41,086 nucleotides of DNA from Octopus bimaculoides (Eukaryota). Location: NCBI RefSeq assembly GCF_001194135.2, contig NC_068991.1, positions 1,856,225 to 1,897,310 of the forward strand. Direction: 5' to 3'. Position numbers and translations under genes: made by a program. The notes beneath the pieces were generated by a model, which made no database searches, was not told the DNA's origin, and saw nothing but the letters and a program-made list of their open reading frames with translations. Shown here in pieces: positions 23,071-35,794 of the stretch. Within the stretch, counting starts at the first letter, position 1. Each line of letters begins with the position of its first letter.

Positions 23071-23896
23071 AAAAAAAAAAAAGGAACACCTCTTAGTTAT
23101 AGTACCAAATAGTATCCCTACAAATAAGGCCACTATTATTTCTCTGTACTAGTTATACTATTAACTAGTTTATGGAAGAGTTATGTAAACATTAGAATAA
23201 TTTCTATGCATGAAACAGATCCGAATAAAACGCTGACTGCATAGTTTCAGACGAAATGCCCCAAATATTTGTATTAAAATTTGAATGACCAAATATTATT
23301 GAGGTCGAATATATCACAGCGATTAATTATTGTGATGAGGGGTGGTCGGAAGAGCTATGCGGAATGTAGCAAACCTACTTGCTCTGTGTCTGAGTGTGTA
23401 TAATGCACACACACACTCATACACACACACACACATGTATATGGGAGAGGTGGGTGAATTCAGATTTGTGGGAGGGAGCATAAGCTATATCATTGTGTAG
23501 CGTGTGAACGTGGAAGGGCGCAGTTAGAGAAGAGGGGCAGAATATGCATGTGTGTGGTGATGGCGGTGGTGGTGAGTGGGGGAGGGTCACCAGTAGCCAT
23601 ATCTGCCCTCACCTGCCTAACTACCTGCTCTCTTCTCGAGTCTAATCTCTCAGCTATTTCCTACTTTAGCCTCACTCTACCAACTGACATCCTGTTCCCA
23701 ACGCCACCGCCACCACCCTCTCCACTCTACTTATTTCTACACCACCAACACCACAACCCGAGCAGCAACTTCACTGCTACCACCCTCCCCATTATCAGAA
23801 CCACACACATACACGCATACATACAAATATACACTTCACCCGGGAGAGGCAGACGTACTACTATGGGTGGTAGTAGAAGTAGTAGAGGTGAAGGAA

Positions 23897-23947
<51 letters not shown>

Positions 23948-23949
23948 GT

Positions 23950-24170
23950 AATGGTTTCAAATTTTGCCACAAGGGCAGCAATTTGGGAGGAGGGGGGATG
24001 AGTCGATTATATCGACCCCAGTACACAACTGGTACTTATTTTATCGACCCCGAAAGGATGGAAAGCAAAGTTGACCTCGGCGGAATTTGAACTCAGAATG
24101 TACCAACGGATGAAATATTGCTAAGCATTTTGTCCAGCATGCTAACGATTCTGTCAGCTCGACGCCTTAA
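23950..24170 (-). mobile_element. SINE family A copy
   Basis: Reverse-complement family A motifs with an (AAT)n tail at 23900-23948. Confidence 0.85.
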
Positions 24171-24900
24171 ATGAACATCACCATCATGCAAGCAGCACCC
24201 TTCATCTCCAGTTTTCCATGGAAACATGTCTGATCATGGGGAAGCATTATCTTTCCTGGAAATAAGGGAGGGTTAGTGGCAGGATGAGCATCCAGCTGTA
24301 GAAATCTGCCTCAATGCATGGAAAAGTTGATGTTAAAACAATGGCCATGGTATATACATGTACAAACACACATTTCATAATCGTCATCATTGAAAGTCCG
24401 TTTCCCATGCCGGAACAGGTTGGACAGTTTGACAAGGAGCTGGGGCAGCCAGAGAGCTGCAGCAAGCTCCAGCTGTCTGTTTTGGTAGGGGTTTTAAGGC
24501 TGGATGCCCTTCCTAGCACCAAACACTTTACGTAGCACAATGACGAAAGCTTTTTTACATGGCGTGAGCAGAGGTCTTTTTAAATGGCGCCAGCATGGGT
24601 GACATTCATAACACTCAGACTATACACCTGTACATATATTTATGTATGTATGCACATATATAAAAATAGGTATGCATGTGTGTGTTTAAGCATAGTGAAC
24701 TCAGTACAATTATGTCAAAGAGAAGACTTTGTATAATTGTAGAGTTACAAAGATCACAGTGACTAGCAGATGAAACTGCCAGTCACTGTGACATACTGAA
24801 TTTTATTATGTCCACTGTATACACATACGGAAACAGATTAATAGCTATGTAGGTCTACATGATAATATATGTATATATATATATATATATAATGTATGTA

Positions 24901-24949
<49 letters not shown>

Positions 24950-25006
24950 TTTATGTATGTATGTGTGTGTATATATATATATATATATATAAATAATTTA
25001 TGTATG

Positions 25007-25051
<45 letters not shown>

Positions 25052-25514
25052 TCATTCTTGGACAAGGATATTATTGACACTGATTTTGAAGTTTCAAACC
25101 ACTGAAGTCATATGTGTGTGTTTGTGTGTCTGTTTATACACACACATAAAGAAAGAGAAGTGGAGGAAAGATAGATTGAAAGGTGAGTGGATGAACAGAC
25201 AGACAGACAGCTACTGACACTTTAATATAGATATACATATATAAATATATATTTACACATGAAGAGAAATAGATCCAGCTATAAATATCTAAAGATACAT
25301 ATGTGTGTATATAAATATATATGTACACACACACACCTATAAAGATTTATATAAACACATAACGATTTACACATAGATAAGAGATAGTTACACATAATAT
25401 GTACACACATCCACACACACATATATATACACACATACATCAGATACACACAAACAAAGAATGAGAAAGTTTGAGAAAATAAAGAGAAAAGAAATAAGAA
25501 ACTTCAATATTCAC

Positions 25515-25534
25515 CATTATTTAAGTTGGTTTTC
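25515..25534 (-). CDS. Candidate initiator microexon of the calmodulin-like gene (5' UTR + ATG at 25517-25515)
   Basis: Minus strand ccacttatttatctttcacaag|GAAAACCAACTTAAATAATG|gtgaat. It ends exactly at ATG (phase 0), as in calmodulin genes, has A at -3, and gives a 149-aa product like CaM. The AAG acceptor and GTGAAT donor are only moderate, so this is not certain. Confidence 0.45.
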
Positions 25535-26184
25535 CTTGTGAAAGATAAATAAGTGGAAATATATAAACTTGGATAATAAGCACAACTAGTGCTACTACTA
25601 TTACTAATAAATACTGTTGTTACTGCAACACCTTAATGAGAGAGAGAGTGACGACGAACAAGCAGGTAGGCTGGGCGTTGTCTCGCACAGTTGGTCTCAC
25701 AGGGAAATAAGGTCAGCAACTGAAGCTATGAAGGAAAGTTTAATAAAGAAATACCACCACCACCGTCCCCGTTCTCACACACAATCTTTTGTGAATGTGT
25801 GTGTGTGTGTATGTGTGTGTGTGTGTGTGTGTGTGACCACACCTCTCTCTACTACAATGGCATAGAAAGACAGTGAGAAACAATGTGATCACTGGATCTG
25901 CTAGAAATATGTCCCAGCTATCACCTTTCTGTGTCAAGTTAGGAAGAATGCAAAAGACAAGGGAGTCCTAAATAGCCCTAATATACAGGGTTAACCGTGG
26001 CTAAATTGCATTTAAGACCAGGTCAGCTGGAGCAAGGCTGGTCTTGGGATTTATTTAATGAAATGGTGAATTATTTAAAATGGTGTGTTTGTTGTTTGTC
26101 AGACTTGGATTATTGAAACGAAACAAGTTTATAAAATTTTGGTTTTATTTATTAAATAAACATTGACTGAAGCAAGAGCACATT

Positions 26185-26640
26185 GGATAATGTTGTCATA
26201 GATACACTGTACCTGGACAATAAACAGCAATGTCATGGCTGGAAAGCATTTGAGTAGAAGTCTCCTTGTTCAGAGCTGACCTACGGCTAAACAACAATGA
26301 TATATTCAGGTTAGCAAGTCAACAAGTTGTGCCTCTATAGTGGATAGCTTGTTCAATCCTGCTGGAAATAGCAGCCAACAGTCCTTCAAACAACAACTTG
26401 TCTTAGCAATGTAAAGGAGACACTGAATAATGTAGTCTTAGATACACTACGTCTAAATAATCAACAAGATGGTCACATGTGGAATGTGCTTGATCATAGG
26501 ATTTCTAAATCAGGGCTGAACCAAGACAAAAGACCAATAAGAAAGGAGGGTCCCATGAGATGATGTAGTCCAAGATACACTATACCTAAATAATCAACAA
26601 GATGGTCACAGTTAGACTGTCTCTAACAAAGAGGGCTTCG
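26185..26640 (+). mobile_element. Repeat family D, tandem old copies (SINE/LINE-tail-like)
   Basis: Recurrent ATAATGTAGTC.TAGATACACT...GATGGTCA.GGCTGGAA..C.TTGATCATAG...GGGCTGACCT.GGG.TAAACAACAA. Related copies at about 7385-7705, 14225-14335, 18768-18942, 28745-28985, 29235-29490, 29735-29845, 33395-33545 (+) and 32690-32770 (-). Confidence 0.7.
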
Positions 26641-26714
26641 TTGATCAAAGCTAAACTACAATTAACCACTAACATTTATTATTTTTGGAGATGAAGAATC
26701 TATAAAATGTCACA

Positions 26715-27255
26715 CAAAATGCTTTGTCATGTTTGATTCTGAGTTCAAATCCTACCAAGGTCAACTTCACTTTTTATATTTCCAAGGCCAAAAGAAAATG
26801 TACCAGTCATGTACCAGGGTCAATAAAATTGATTATTCACCTCCTTTGAATTTTCAGAGTCTGTGCCTACGATAGAACCATAGAATTGTTACCAGGCCAG
26901 GAACAACGCTTCGCAGCATTTCATCCATCTTTACATTCCGAGTTCAAATTCTGCCGTGGTTGACTTTGCCTTTCATGCTTTCTAAGTCAATAAAATAAAT
27001 ACCAGTTGTGTACTGGGGACAACAGAATCTCTGTCGCACCCCCTTGAAATTGCTGGCCTTGTGCCAAAATTTGAAACTATCATCATTATTATTATTATTA
27101 TTATTATCGTTAAGATGGTGATCTGGCAGAATTGTTAGAATGTGGGACAAAATACTTTTTGGTAGTTCATCCGTCTTTTTACGTTCTGAGATCAAATTCT
27201 GCTGAGGTTGACTTTGCCCTTCATCCTTTCGGGGTCAATAAGTTAAGTGCCAATG
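26715..27255 (+). mobile_element. Three tandem SINE family A copies (diverged or partial)
   Basis: Repeated TTC(T/C)GAG(T/A)TCAAAT...GACTTTGCC.TTCAT motifs near 26737, 26935 and 27183. Confidence 0.75.
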
Positions 27256-27545
27256 TGTGTGATGAATTTCAGTTGCCACCAACATGATTTGAACCTGAAT
27301 AGACAAAAGAACTGATGATTGATAGTATAGCACAAGGTCACACACTGACCTCGAGAATGGTTTTTTAGCAGAGTTCAACATTGCACAGTTTTTCATCCAG
27401 ATGGAGCCACAGGCAATTTAGAAATGGCACTTCTTCAGTTTATTGTTCTCACAGAAATGGAATTCAGAGATGAACTTGGATCAGAAAGGGATGTGAGGAA
27501 AACACCACAAGGTGTTAACTTTGTTAATTTGCTGACCATTGCTAC

Positions 27546-27581
<36 letters not shown>

Positions 27582-28137
27582 CATTCAGAGAGCGCAAACC
27601 TCTGCCATGATTAGCCGGAGATGATTTTTAAAATGAGAATATCTGAAATAAAAAATCGACTGCTCTCACAAACGAGAATACTACAAATGAACCTGACCAC
27701 TCTCAAACAGAAAAATAATCCATATTCCTTGTCTGGTACCTGATCGATCCCAATGGGAGTCATGGAATGTGCAAGTGGGTGTGCAGGCTGTGTTTGTAAA
27801 GCTGTTTGTGTGTGTCATCTGGGTAATGAAAATATTTGCATGACTTCAGCGTACACGTGTCAATAAGTCTTTGGGAGTCACTTCGTAAAAGTTTTGGAGA
27901 TGTTTTGGTTGAAATGCAACAGGAACTTTGGTAGAGAAACGTAATGGAACATAAAAAGTATAATTGTAATCAAATGCATTCTGTATCAAGGTTTTAAATT
28001 CTGGTCTTCCTTTAGTAATCCTGTTGTTTTCGATTGATGTATCAAATTATGTATATATGTAAAGTGTTAAAATGTATGTATAATCTCCTAATATAATAAT
28101 GAGCCTTGTCTTTTTATATATTTGTGTGTGTGTATAG

Positions 28138-28445
28138 GATTTTCGAGCGAGATCGTTGCCGGTGCCCCTGGACTGGCTTGTGCGGGTGGCACATAAAAGA
28201 CACCATTTCGAGCGTGGCCGTTGCCAGTATCGCTTGACTGGCCTTTGTGCAGGTGACACGTAAAAGCACCTACTACACTCTCTGAGTGGTTGGCGTTAGG
28301 AAGGGCATCCAGCTGTAGAAACTCTGCCAAATTTAGATTGGAGCCTGGTGTTGCCATCCGGTTTCACCAGTCCTCAGTCAAATCGTCCAACCCATGCTAG
28401 CATGGAAAGCGGATGTTAAACGATGATGATGATGATGATGATGAT
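28138..28445 (+). mobile_element. Repeat family C (SINE-like, (GAT)n tail), near-full copy
   Basis: GGTTGGCGTTAGGAAGGGCATCCAGCTGTAGAAACTCTGCC...CCCATGCTAGCATGGAAAGCGGATGTTAAAC(GAT)n, with an internal duplication of about 65 bp at the 5' end. Related copies at 19530-19650 (+), 21530-21755 (+), 13545-13740 (-) and 24365-24600 (-). Confidence 0.8.
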
Positions 28446-31400
28446 ATATATATATATATCATAGAGCCGGAGAGTGAGGTGAAGGTAGAGGAGACAAATG
28501 GCAAAGAGAGTGTTGTATGAATGAGAAATGAAGGAGGTGACAGATGAATGAGAAAGGAAGGAATGAAAAAGCCGATAAATGGCGTTTGAAGTATGAGTGT
28601 ATGTGTGTGTGTGTGTAAACGAGAGGTATGTTTGTGTGTGTGTGTATACCCACTTTTGCAACGTAACTCTGCCATGTTTTTTCTTCTGCCTAGAATTAAC
28701 CAATATCTAATATTTCTTTTCAGCTTGCAACATTAACAAAAAAATGAGTCTTACTGGATGGTCATGGCTGAAAACACTTTTGATCATAGGATTGCAGTTC
28801 TGGATTAACCTAGGGCTAAATAAGAAAACAAAAGAATGTCCTGGTGGACAGGACATTCTGACAAGTCATTTCAGCAGGTTCTGTCCCCATGAAGAAATAA
28901 CAGCTAAATTTTCCTCAAACTGGACAATATAGCCCCTGATATAAAAAAATGGGATGGTCGTGGCTAGAATGCCTTTTATTAAAGTTCTTATTTAATCATG
29001 TCCGAGCTGGAGGTGAACAAACTTTAAAGATTAACTCCTCCAATAAGACAGCTGCACATTGATGTATGCACAAAAGCACACAAGTGCAAACATGTAGAAA
29101 CAGCAAGAAAACAATGCAGTTCAATAAGATTGGATCAATAGATCCGGATTATGGACAGATTAGCGGCTCAAGTATAAAACAAGACCATCCAACGGATATA
29201 AACAAATGTTAAACCAGGAAACCTCTTTGTTGTGGCTTAACCAGCTAAAAATAGCAACTAAATCACCCTCACATGTTCTAACTTATCAAATAAATAAACA
29301 TCAACTTAGTGTAGTCATATAACAGAAACAACAGACGTGAAGGTCATGGCTAGAATGCCTCTGATCATAAGTTGGCTCCGTTGACTACCACTACAATCAT
29401 CAATAATATTATGACCATTCAGCTCCACTACCAACACCACAGGATGATCATGGTGGGAACATCTTGTTCTATTGTGGCAGGGGGTTGACCTGGGGTTAAA
29501 TAAAAACAACCTCCACCTCAGTGGCCTACAAAAAATGTAATAGGTTCAGTTCCTCCTGTTCCAATCCACTAATGAAACAATGGATGTGGTGGCTTTCATA
29601 CAGTGACCAGTGTCCACCAGACACATCTCTACTGCAAGGACCCCTTAAAAAGGATATTCAAAAGCTCTACGAAAACTTTAAGGGGTACGCTTGCACCCTG
29701 TACTCCTGCATATGGGTTCAACATAAATAAAGAGGACACACAAAATAATAGAGTCCTAGAAATTCCAAAAAGCTAAGATGGTCAACTTTTGGAACGGCTT
29801 GGATCGTAGTTTTGTTAGACTTCATGGCTGACCTGGAACTAAGTATTAACCATTTACTTCATGTCGTATGAACATACCTCAGTTTATAAATTTTGTTAAC
29901 TGTTTGGCGTTTGGGTGGAGGTGAGTTTTCTGGCATGTTTATTTACTTTTTTCCGAGACCAAAACAATCACTAGTTTCTTGAGATTACAACTAAGAATAC
30001 AGGTGTGTTTATGTGTGTGTGTGTACATACATAGACATTGAGAGAGTTTCGTCAACACACGTGATGAATATAAAATACACATGGAATGACGTGCAGGTAC
30101 AAGTATACAGACTCACACTCACGTCTTAGTTCACTTCCTCTACATAAACCTGTTTGTTTCGTAATCAAACGCCCACTATTTCAGGTTGTAACTGGATTTC
30201 AGGTGTGACTAACACACACACATCAATTTAGATAGATAGATAGATAGATAGATGCGTGTGAGTGTGTGTGTGCATAGAGAGACACAGTGTGTTTGTGATT
30301 GTGTACGCGCGTTGCAATGACTGGAATGGTAACGATATCAGGTAACGGATGTAGTAAATATATTAACGGACATCTAGTTTGACTGTATAAGCATAGCTCG
30401 CCATGTATGTGTGTGTATTATATACATGTATGTAATGTATGTTTGTGCCCATTCTATGTCCCTGTGTCCCGTCTGTATAGCAAGTGTGTCTCGTTTGACA
30501 CCGAATGTCCCACAATATCCTCGTGATGGATGAAAGATTCAAATTCCATGCGTGGAAAAAAAATACCAAACTGAAATCGGAGCGAAGCCCTCGGACATAA
30601 GCTAAGAGACATACTCATCTCATAGCTCAGTCTAAATCTAACATTGTGGCCCAATGGGGGTGTGGTGTACCTTTCTGGTAACAACACAAGTCCCAAGAAG
30701 ATAGACAGGTATTATAGTTTAAAGACATTCTGTTTCTCCTTGGTTTCTGGTGATTAAAAACGTTTTATTCCCAGGCAGCAAAATATATTACGGAATTAAT
30801 AAAAGATTTTGGTTCTCTTACCTAAGCATGCTCTCGTCCTGTCTTTGAATATCAGAATTTTATTATAACAAGAGAAGAGAATGCACGATTTAAATAAAGA
30901 AAATCAGGTCCTAAAAGTTCTTCATAGAAGCACCTAAAACCTGAAGGTTGTGTAGATTTGATTCTACGAAATAATGGTGTGTAATATATATATATATATA
31001 TATATATATAGGTTAGATCATGTGTACATAGAAAATACGTAAGGTGTGTGTACAGACAGACAGACAATCATATATATATATAGGCAATATATATACAGAG
31101 GCTATGTAATGTATGCATAGAAAATACGCAAGGTGTGCGTATGTACACAGACATGTAGAAACTATGTTACGTGTATTTATATACATACATACACACATTT
31201 CGACTTTGCTAACTGAATCAGAAACGGTAATGTTAGCTAATAGTTTCCATATGTCAACAGGTAGAAACAGATAAATTACATATAACACCACAATGGATAT
31301 ATATTGTATTACACGGCACAGTGTTTTACAATATTGTATTCGACTATATTCCCTACCACAGATATGTACACGTCTGTCTCAGATTACATAATGTTACCTT

Positions 31401-31606
31401 GAAGGTAATGTAAAGCGGCAGTTTGTCTGTAAATGGTATAAACAAACGCATAAATATGGATGTATATATATTGTTTTAATTTCTAATCGGAATCAGAAAC
31501 CAAAATAACAATATTCAATAGATTATAAAGAGTTAATATATTATATATTGTGGAGCAATATTGGTATTTTTCCATGTCTTCGATCGCAAACTAAATTATT
31601 CTTCAG

Positions 31607-31628
31607 GTGAATACGATTCGAAATAATG
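31607..31628 (+). other. Candidate plus-strand microexon ending in ATG
   Basis: aaattattcttcag|GTGAATACGATTCGAAATAATG|gtatgt: good acceptor and strong donor directly after ATG. No downstream coding exon was identified in the window. Confidence 0.25.
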
Positions 31629-31735
31629 GTATGTCTTTGGAACTGAGAGAGAAGCAAGGAAGATGTTGCTTGCAGAGGAAGTGAAAGTGTTACTAAGTGA
31701 GTGTTCTATGAAATAACAAACAACATCTGACTTAC

Positions 31736-31821
31736 CTGGATGTTTGATCAAAGACAGGGAGGGTTGTTGTGATGGAAGAAGACCACTGCAACGGTGTTTA
31801 ATGTCTTGTAATATAATAAAC
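31736..31821 (-). other. Candidate non-coding 5' UTR exon (minus strand), possibly of the calmodulin-like gene
   Basis: Acceptor gatcgtcttcag| at 31821, strong donor CCAG|gtaagt at 31736, 86 nt with no ATG. A further donor GGGAG|gtaagc lies at 31900. Linkage to the CaM-like gene is inference. Confidence 0.35.
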
Positions 31822-32879
31822 CTGAAGACGATCCAGCGAAAAACGTTAATATATGAGAGAAGGTGGCGGGAATTAATTGATGGTGTTGTTGTTGCTTACC
31901 TCCCTTGGATCTGGACCTTCCTCACACTACTACTATTCCACCCCTCTCTCTCTCTATTCTTCTATATTATTATTATCTGCTTCCCAACACCTACTTCCTA
32001 CCATTGTTCGGATTTCCTCTTACCTTTACTCCCCCATCATCCTCCTCCTCCGTCTCTCTACCACTCCTCTTTTCTTCTACCTCTCCCTCTGTCTCTCTCT
32101 TTCTTTCCATCCCTTTCTCTTTCTCTGTCTCTCTCTCTGCACGCACACATACATATAGTGTATATATGTGTATGCGTGTGTGTGTGTCATTGTGTGCGTG
32201 TTTGTCCCCCACCACAACTCGACAACCGGTGTTGGTGTGTTTGCGTCCTCGTACCCTAACGGTTCGGCAAAAGAGTGATCGGTAAAATAAGTAAGAGGCT
32301 TTTAAAAAGAATGAAGCATTGGAGTCGACTCGTTCGACTAAAATTCTTCAAGGTGGTGCTCCAGCATGGCCGCAGTCACGAAAGATTGAAACAAGTAAAA
32401 GATAAAAGATTAACAGATTAGAAATAAAAGCAAGGACGAAACAGAAAAAAAAATGATGTTGGACCTTGGCACGGTCTCGGCCATGTTTCTTCTCACTGAT
32501 AACATAATGTGTGACTCGTATAAAGATTGAACCTGCTTTCAAATATTCCATTTCTATGGAAACTCATGACCCTTCCAGATATCCAACAATCCCATGAATG
32601 CCCCCCACCCCCGCCTTATTCGTCGTCCCCTCTTCAACTCAACGGATGTTATCGTTCGAATTAAGAAACCTTAATTTAATGTATTCTTTCCTTGTTGTTT
32701 AAACCAAGGTCAGTCTGATCCCGTGGATCAATGATCAAAAGCGTTCCAGTCGTGACCATCCTGTCTTATATTCAGCCACAGTTCTCTCTTCTTTGCTTTC
32801 TCCAACAGTTTCTACTTCCCGATGTTTGATCCCTTTTTTTCCTTCCAACCAATTCCTCAAGATTCACATCCATTACCAT

Positions 32880-33280
32880 CCTTCTTCTTCCTCTGCTTCT
32901 TTTCTCTTCAGTCTTTCTCTGCTCGTCACTAAATTCTCCCTGGGCCCTCTTTCCTCATCACGCAACCCAAGANNNNNNNNNNCCAAGAAATCTCAGATGC
33001 CTGGGCCCTCTTTCCTCATCACGCAACCCAAGAAATCTCAGATGCCTGGGCCCTCTTTCCTCATCACGCAACCCAAGAAATCTCAGACGCCTGGGCCCTG
33101 ATCTCACGAAGCAGTTTCCTATTTACCACAGCCCAGGTCACCACTTCCTCATCAGACACATTGTCTGTCCAGGCCATCCTCAATATTCTCCTCAAGAACC
33201 ACATTTCACAGTTCTCCAAGACCCTACTCATTTCTGATGCTAGAGACCATTCCTCACTTCCATACATTAACACAAGGTAG
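32880..33280 (-). mobile_element. RTE-clade LINE fragment (C-terminal RT-associated region)
   Basis: LMYGSEEWSLASEMSRVLENCEMWFLRRILRMAWTDNVSDEEV followed, after a frameshift, by sequence resembling LRFLG.VMRKEG.ENLV. This matches the RTE motif series LLYGSETW...EMW..RR.L.I.W.D.V.NEEV...LRF.GHVMR. Contains an internal 45-bp tandem repeat. Confidence 0.8.
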
Positions 33281-33795
33281 ACATAGCAGCTCAGTATACC
33301 GGTATCTAGGACTACACAATTTAATGTGGCTATTTAGTCCGAATCAAACCTGATCTAGCAGACCTAGGAAATTCTAAGTGGTTCCTTAAACTGTTAGAAA
33401 CAGCAGCCAAATCACTTTTAAATACTTACACTCTTAAACATACACTAAGCCTATCTTGATTAAGGTAGTAGACAGGCTGGTCATGGTTGGAACGTTTTTG
33501 ATAATTACTCTACTCCATCACAGTGACCTGATACCGCACAACAACTTTAACAATGACAAATAATCATGAATTATGACTGTGTTGGGTGGGGGATGTCAAG
33601 TGATTTCATTAACGTTATCATTATACTAGATAATCAAAAAAGAAAAAAATTGTAGCCCACGAACCAGCGTGCCGTGACGAGATATCTAAATATATTTTTA
33701 AGATATTATCTCGCGAGACGGCATAGTTTGAACTTGTCAAACTCGATTTAAATATCTATTGACGTGAACAACATTGGAATTAATGTTAGACTAAT

Positions 33796-33803
33796 AAACA
33801 CAC

Positions 33804-33888
<85 letters not shown>

Positions 33889-34093
33889 TGTGTGTGTTTA
33901 ATATGTATGTAGATAGATGGGTGGATATCTGCGTAACTATACAAACATGGGCGCGAGCATATGTGTTAAAACATATATAATTATTGTTGGTACGTATGTA
34001 TGTATGTATGTATGTACGTATGTATGTATGTATGTATGTATGTATGTATGTATGTATGTATGTACGTATGTATGTATGTATGTATGTACGTAT
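33796..34093. repeat. (CA)n and (TATG)n microsatellites
   Basis: Direct inspection. Confidence 0.95.
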
Positions 34094-34399
34094 GAAGCCC
34101 TGCAGTTACGCGTGTCCATCTGTCTAAAATATTGATTTCAAATTTTGGCATAAGGTCAGTAATTTGGGTGGGGGGCGGATAATTCGATTACATCGACTCC
34201 AGTTTTCATCTGGTAGTTATTTTATTGATCTCTAAAGGACGAAAGCAAAGTCTACCGCGGCGGAATTTGAACTCTCTTCTCAACGACTTCTACGACTGCC
34301 TTCACAAATACGACGGCACACACCACACCATAACCCCTTTATTCGGTTTAGGACAGTTCACTTGCTATCCTACAGGAGTGTCCGGATTTCACCACAACA

Positions 34400-35700
34400 A
34401 TTAGTTGGCTTCAGATCTGCAAGTGGAGAAGAACTGGGATGAGGCGACAAGCAGAGTAACCAATCTCACCCAGAAATGAGCCGAGAGAAAGTTCTCCTTG
34501 AAAGGTCGGCCATCGTCACATATCACCACCCGACTGGCGTACCTTGCCCCAATTCATGTCTGACTAGACTGGAGCAACTAACCTTCCGTTTTCTGTGAAA
34601 GAGACGTGTTCCACTGGTCAAGCGCTTTGTTTTTTGTCAATATCTGCTGAGTGGAGGAACTGGCATGCCGTGGTTGATGATTCGCAGATGTGTACTGAGG
34701 TCGCAAAACCTCCTGTGGTTCTTTGACGGCGAGCAAGTGTAACCGCCGTTTGTCAGGCTCGTTTTTTTTTTGTTTTTTTTTGCAGCTCGTCTCTTTGACC
34801 GAGCTGCAGTCATGGAACAAGTATAACCCAAGGCGGGGTGTCAGGCGCTCACCAACCCTTTGCTAATCGAGGCAACGCGGCCGTTGGAATTTCAACTTTA
34901 ACGTTCTCGGGGGAAGTCTGGACATCGAAGGGAATGAAGTGGCTGGTCTCTTCGGGGTGACTTTCAGCCGAAGCTCATGGATAATTTCCAGGAATCTCTG
35001 GCTCGGCAGTGCTACCAGGAATGGGCAGTTCGCGATGAAAGTTTACAGGCATGGAAATGCCATAAACTAGGCCTGCCTGAGATGCATACAGAGCGACGAA
35101 GCTATTTTACAGGTACTCATCTCGTACTTGAATATTGTAACTTGTTGGTTTATGTCGAGCATCTGCTGTTATGTGTAAGATAGAGTTGGCTGGGTCCATT
35201 GTGAACATCGTCCAATGGGCTTTCTTTTGCCGGGAAGAATAGGCTATTTTTATCTGTCTGTCTGATGGCGTTAGCGAAAGAGGTTGTGTGGTGCACCAGA
35301 CAGAAAATGATGAAGACAGAAACTTGTCACTTTAGCGAAGCTTCTATCAACTTGAGGCAAATTTGTTGAAAAGTGGGTGAGAGTAGTAAGAATAGTCCAA
35401 GCGTACGGACCTGCTCTGTTCAGGCGCTTGTTGATTGAGGGCGGAAGGCAGAAGGAAGTCACTTGCCCTGGTGACTAGGGAGACTATGGATTTAAGGGGG
35501 TTCCATGACAAGCCCTTGGGTTTCTCTCACTTTGGGGAAATTTTCTTGCTTGAATTTCTGTTCCTTTATTTTACGTTTTATATTTGTTTTATATTTCACT
35601 GAGGACACAACTTCATGTAACCCATCACTTCATCATATCATACTGTATTGTTACGTCCTTGATCGGCTCATAAAATTTTAGTCCTTAATAAATAAATCAT
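34400..35700 (+). mobile_element. Degenerate 5'-truncated Tx1/L1-clade LINE (ORF2 C-terminal region and 3' end)
   Basis: Translation through stops and frameshifts gives DLQVEKNWDEATSRVTNLTQK*AERKFSLKGR, LTRLEQLTFRFL*KRRVPLVKR...GGTGMPWLMIRR, a decayed zinc knuckle ACLRCIQSDEAILQVL, and ALAKEVVWCTR, which are typical post-RT motifs of Tx1/L1 ORF2. The element ends in aataaataaa followed by (CAT)n. Confidence 0.8.
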
Positions 35701-35794
35701 CATCACCATCATCATCATCATCATCACCACCATCATCATCATCATCATCAATCATCAGCATCATCAGCAGCATCATCATCATCATCATCATCAG

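Noticed and set aside
27600-27642. Alternative start exon tttttatttcag|...ATC ATG GCA GAG|gtttgc (phase 0, good Kozak)
   Set aside because: It lies in what I recall as a common octopus interspersed repeat following (ATT)n, has a weaker donor, and breaks the conserved intron-after-ATG position. Kept only as a fallback or exonisation candidate.
34850-35050. Minus-strand FIPFDVQTSPENV resembling Penelope RT motif SFDVxSLFTNV
   Set aside because: The plus strand gives a long coherent series of Tx1 ORF2 motifs, so the minus-strand match is coincidental.
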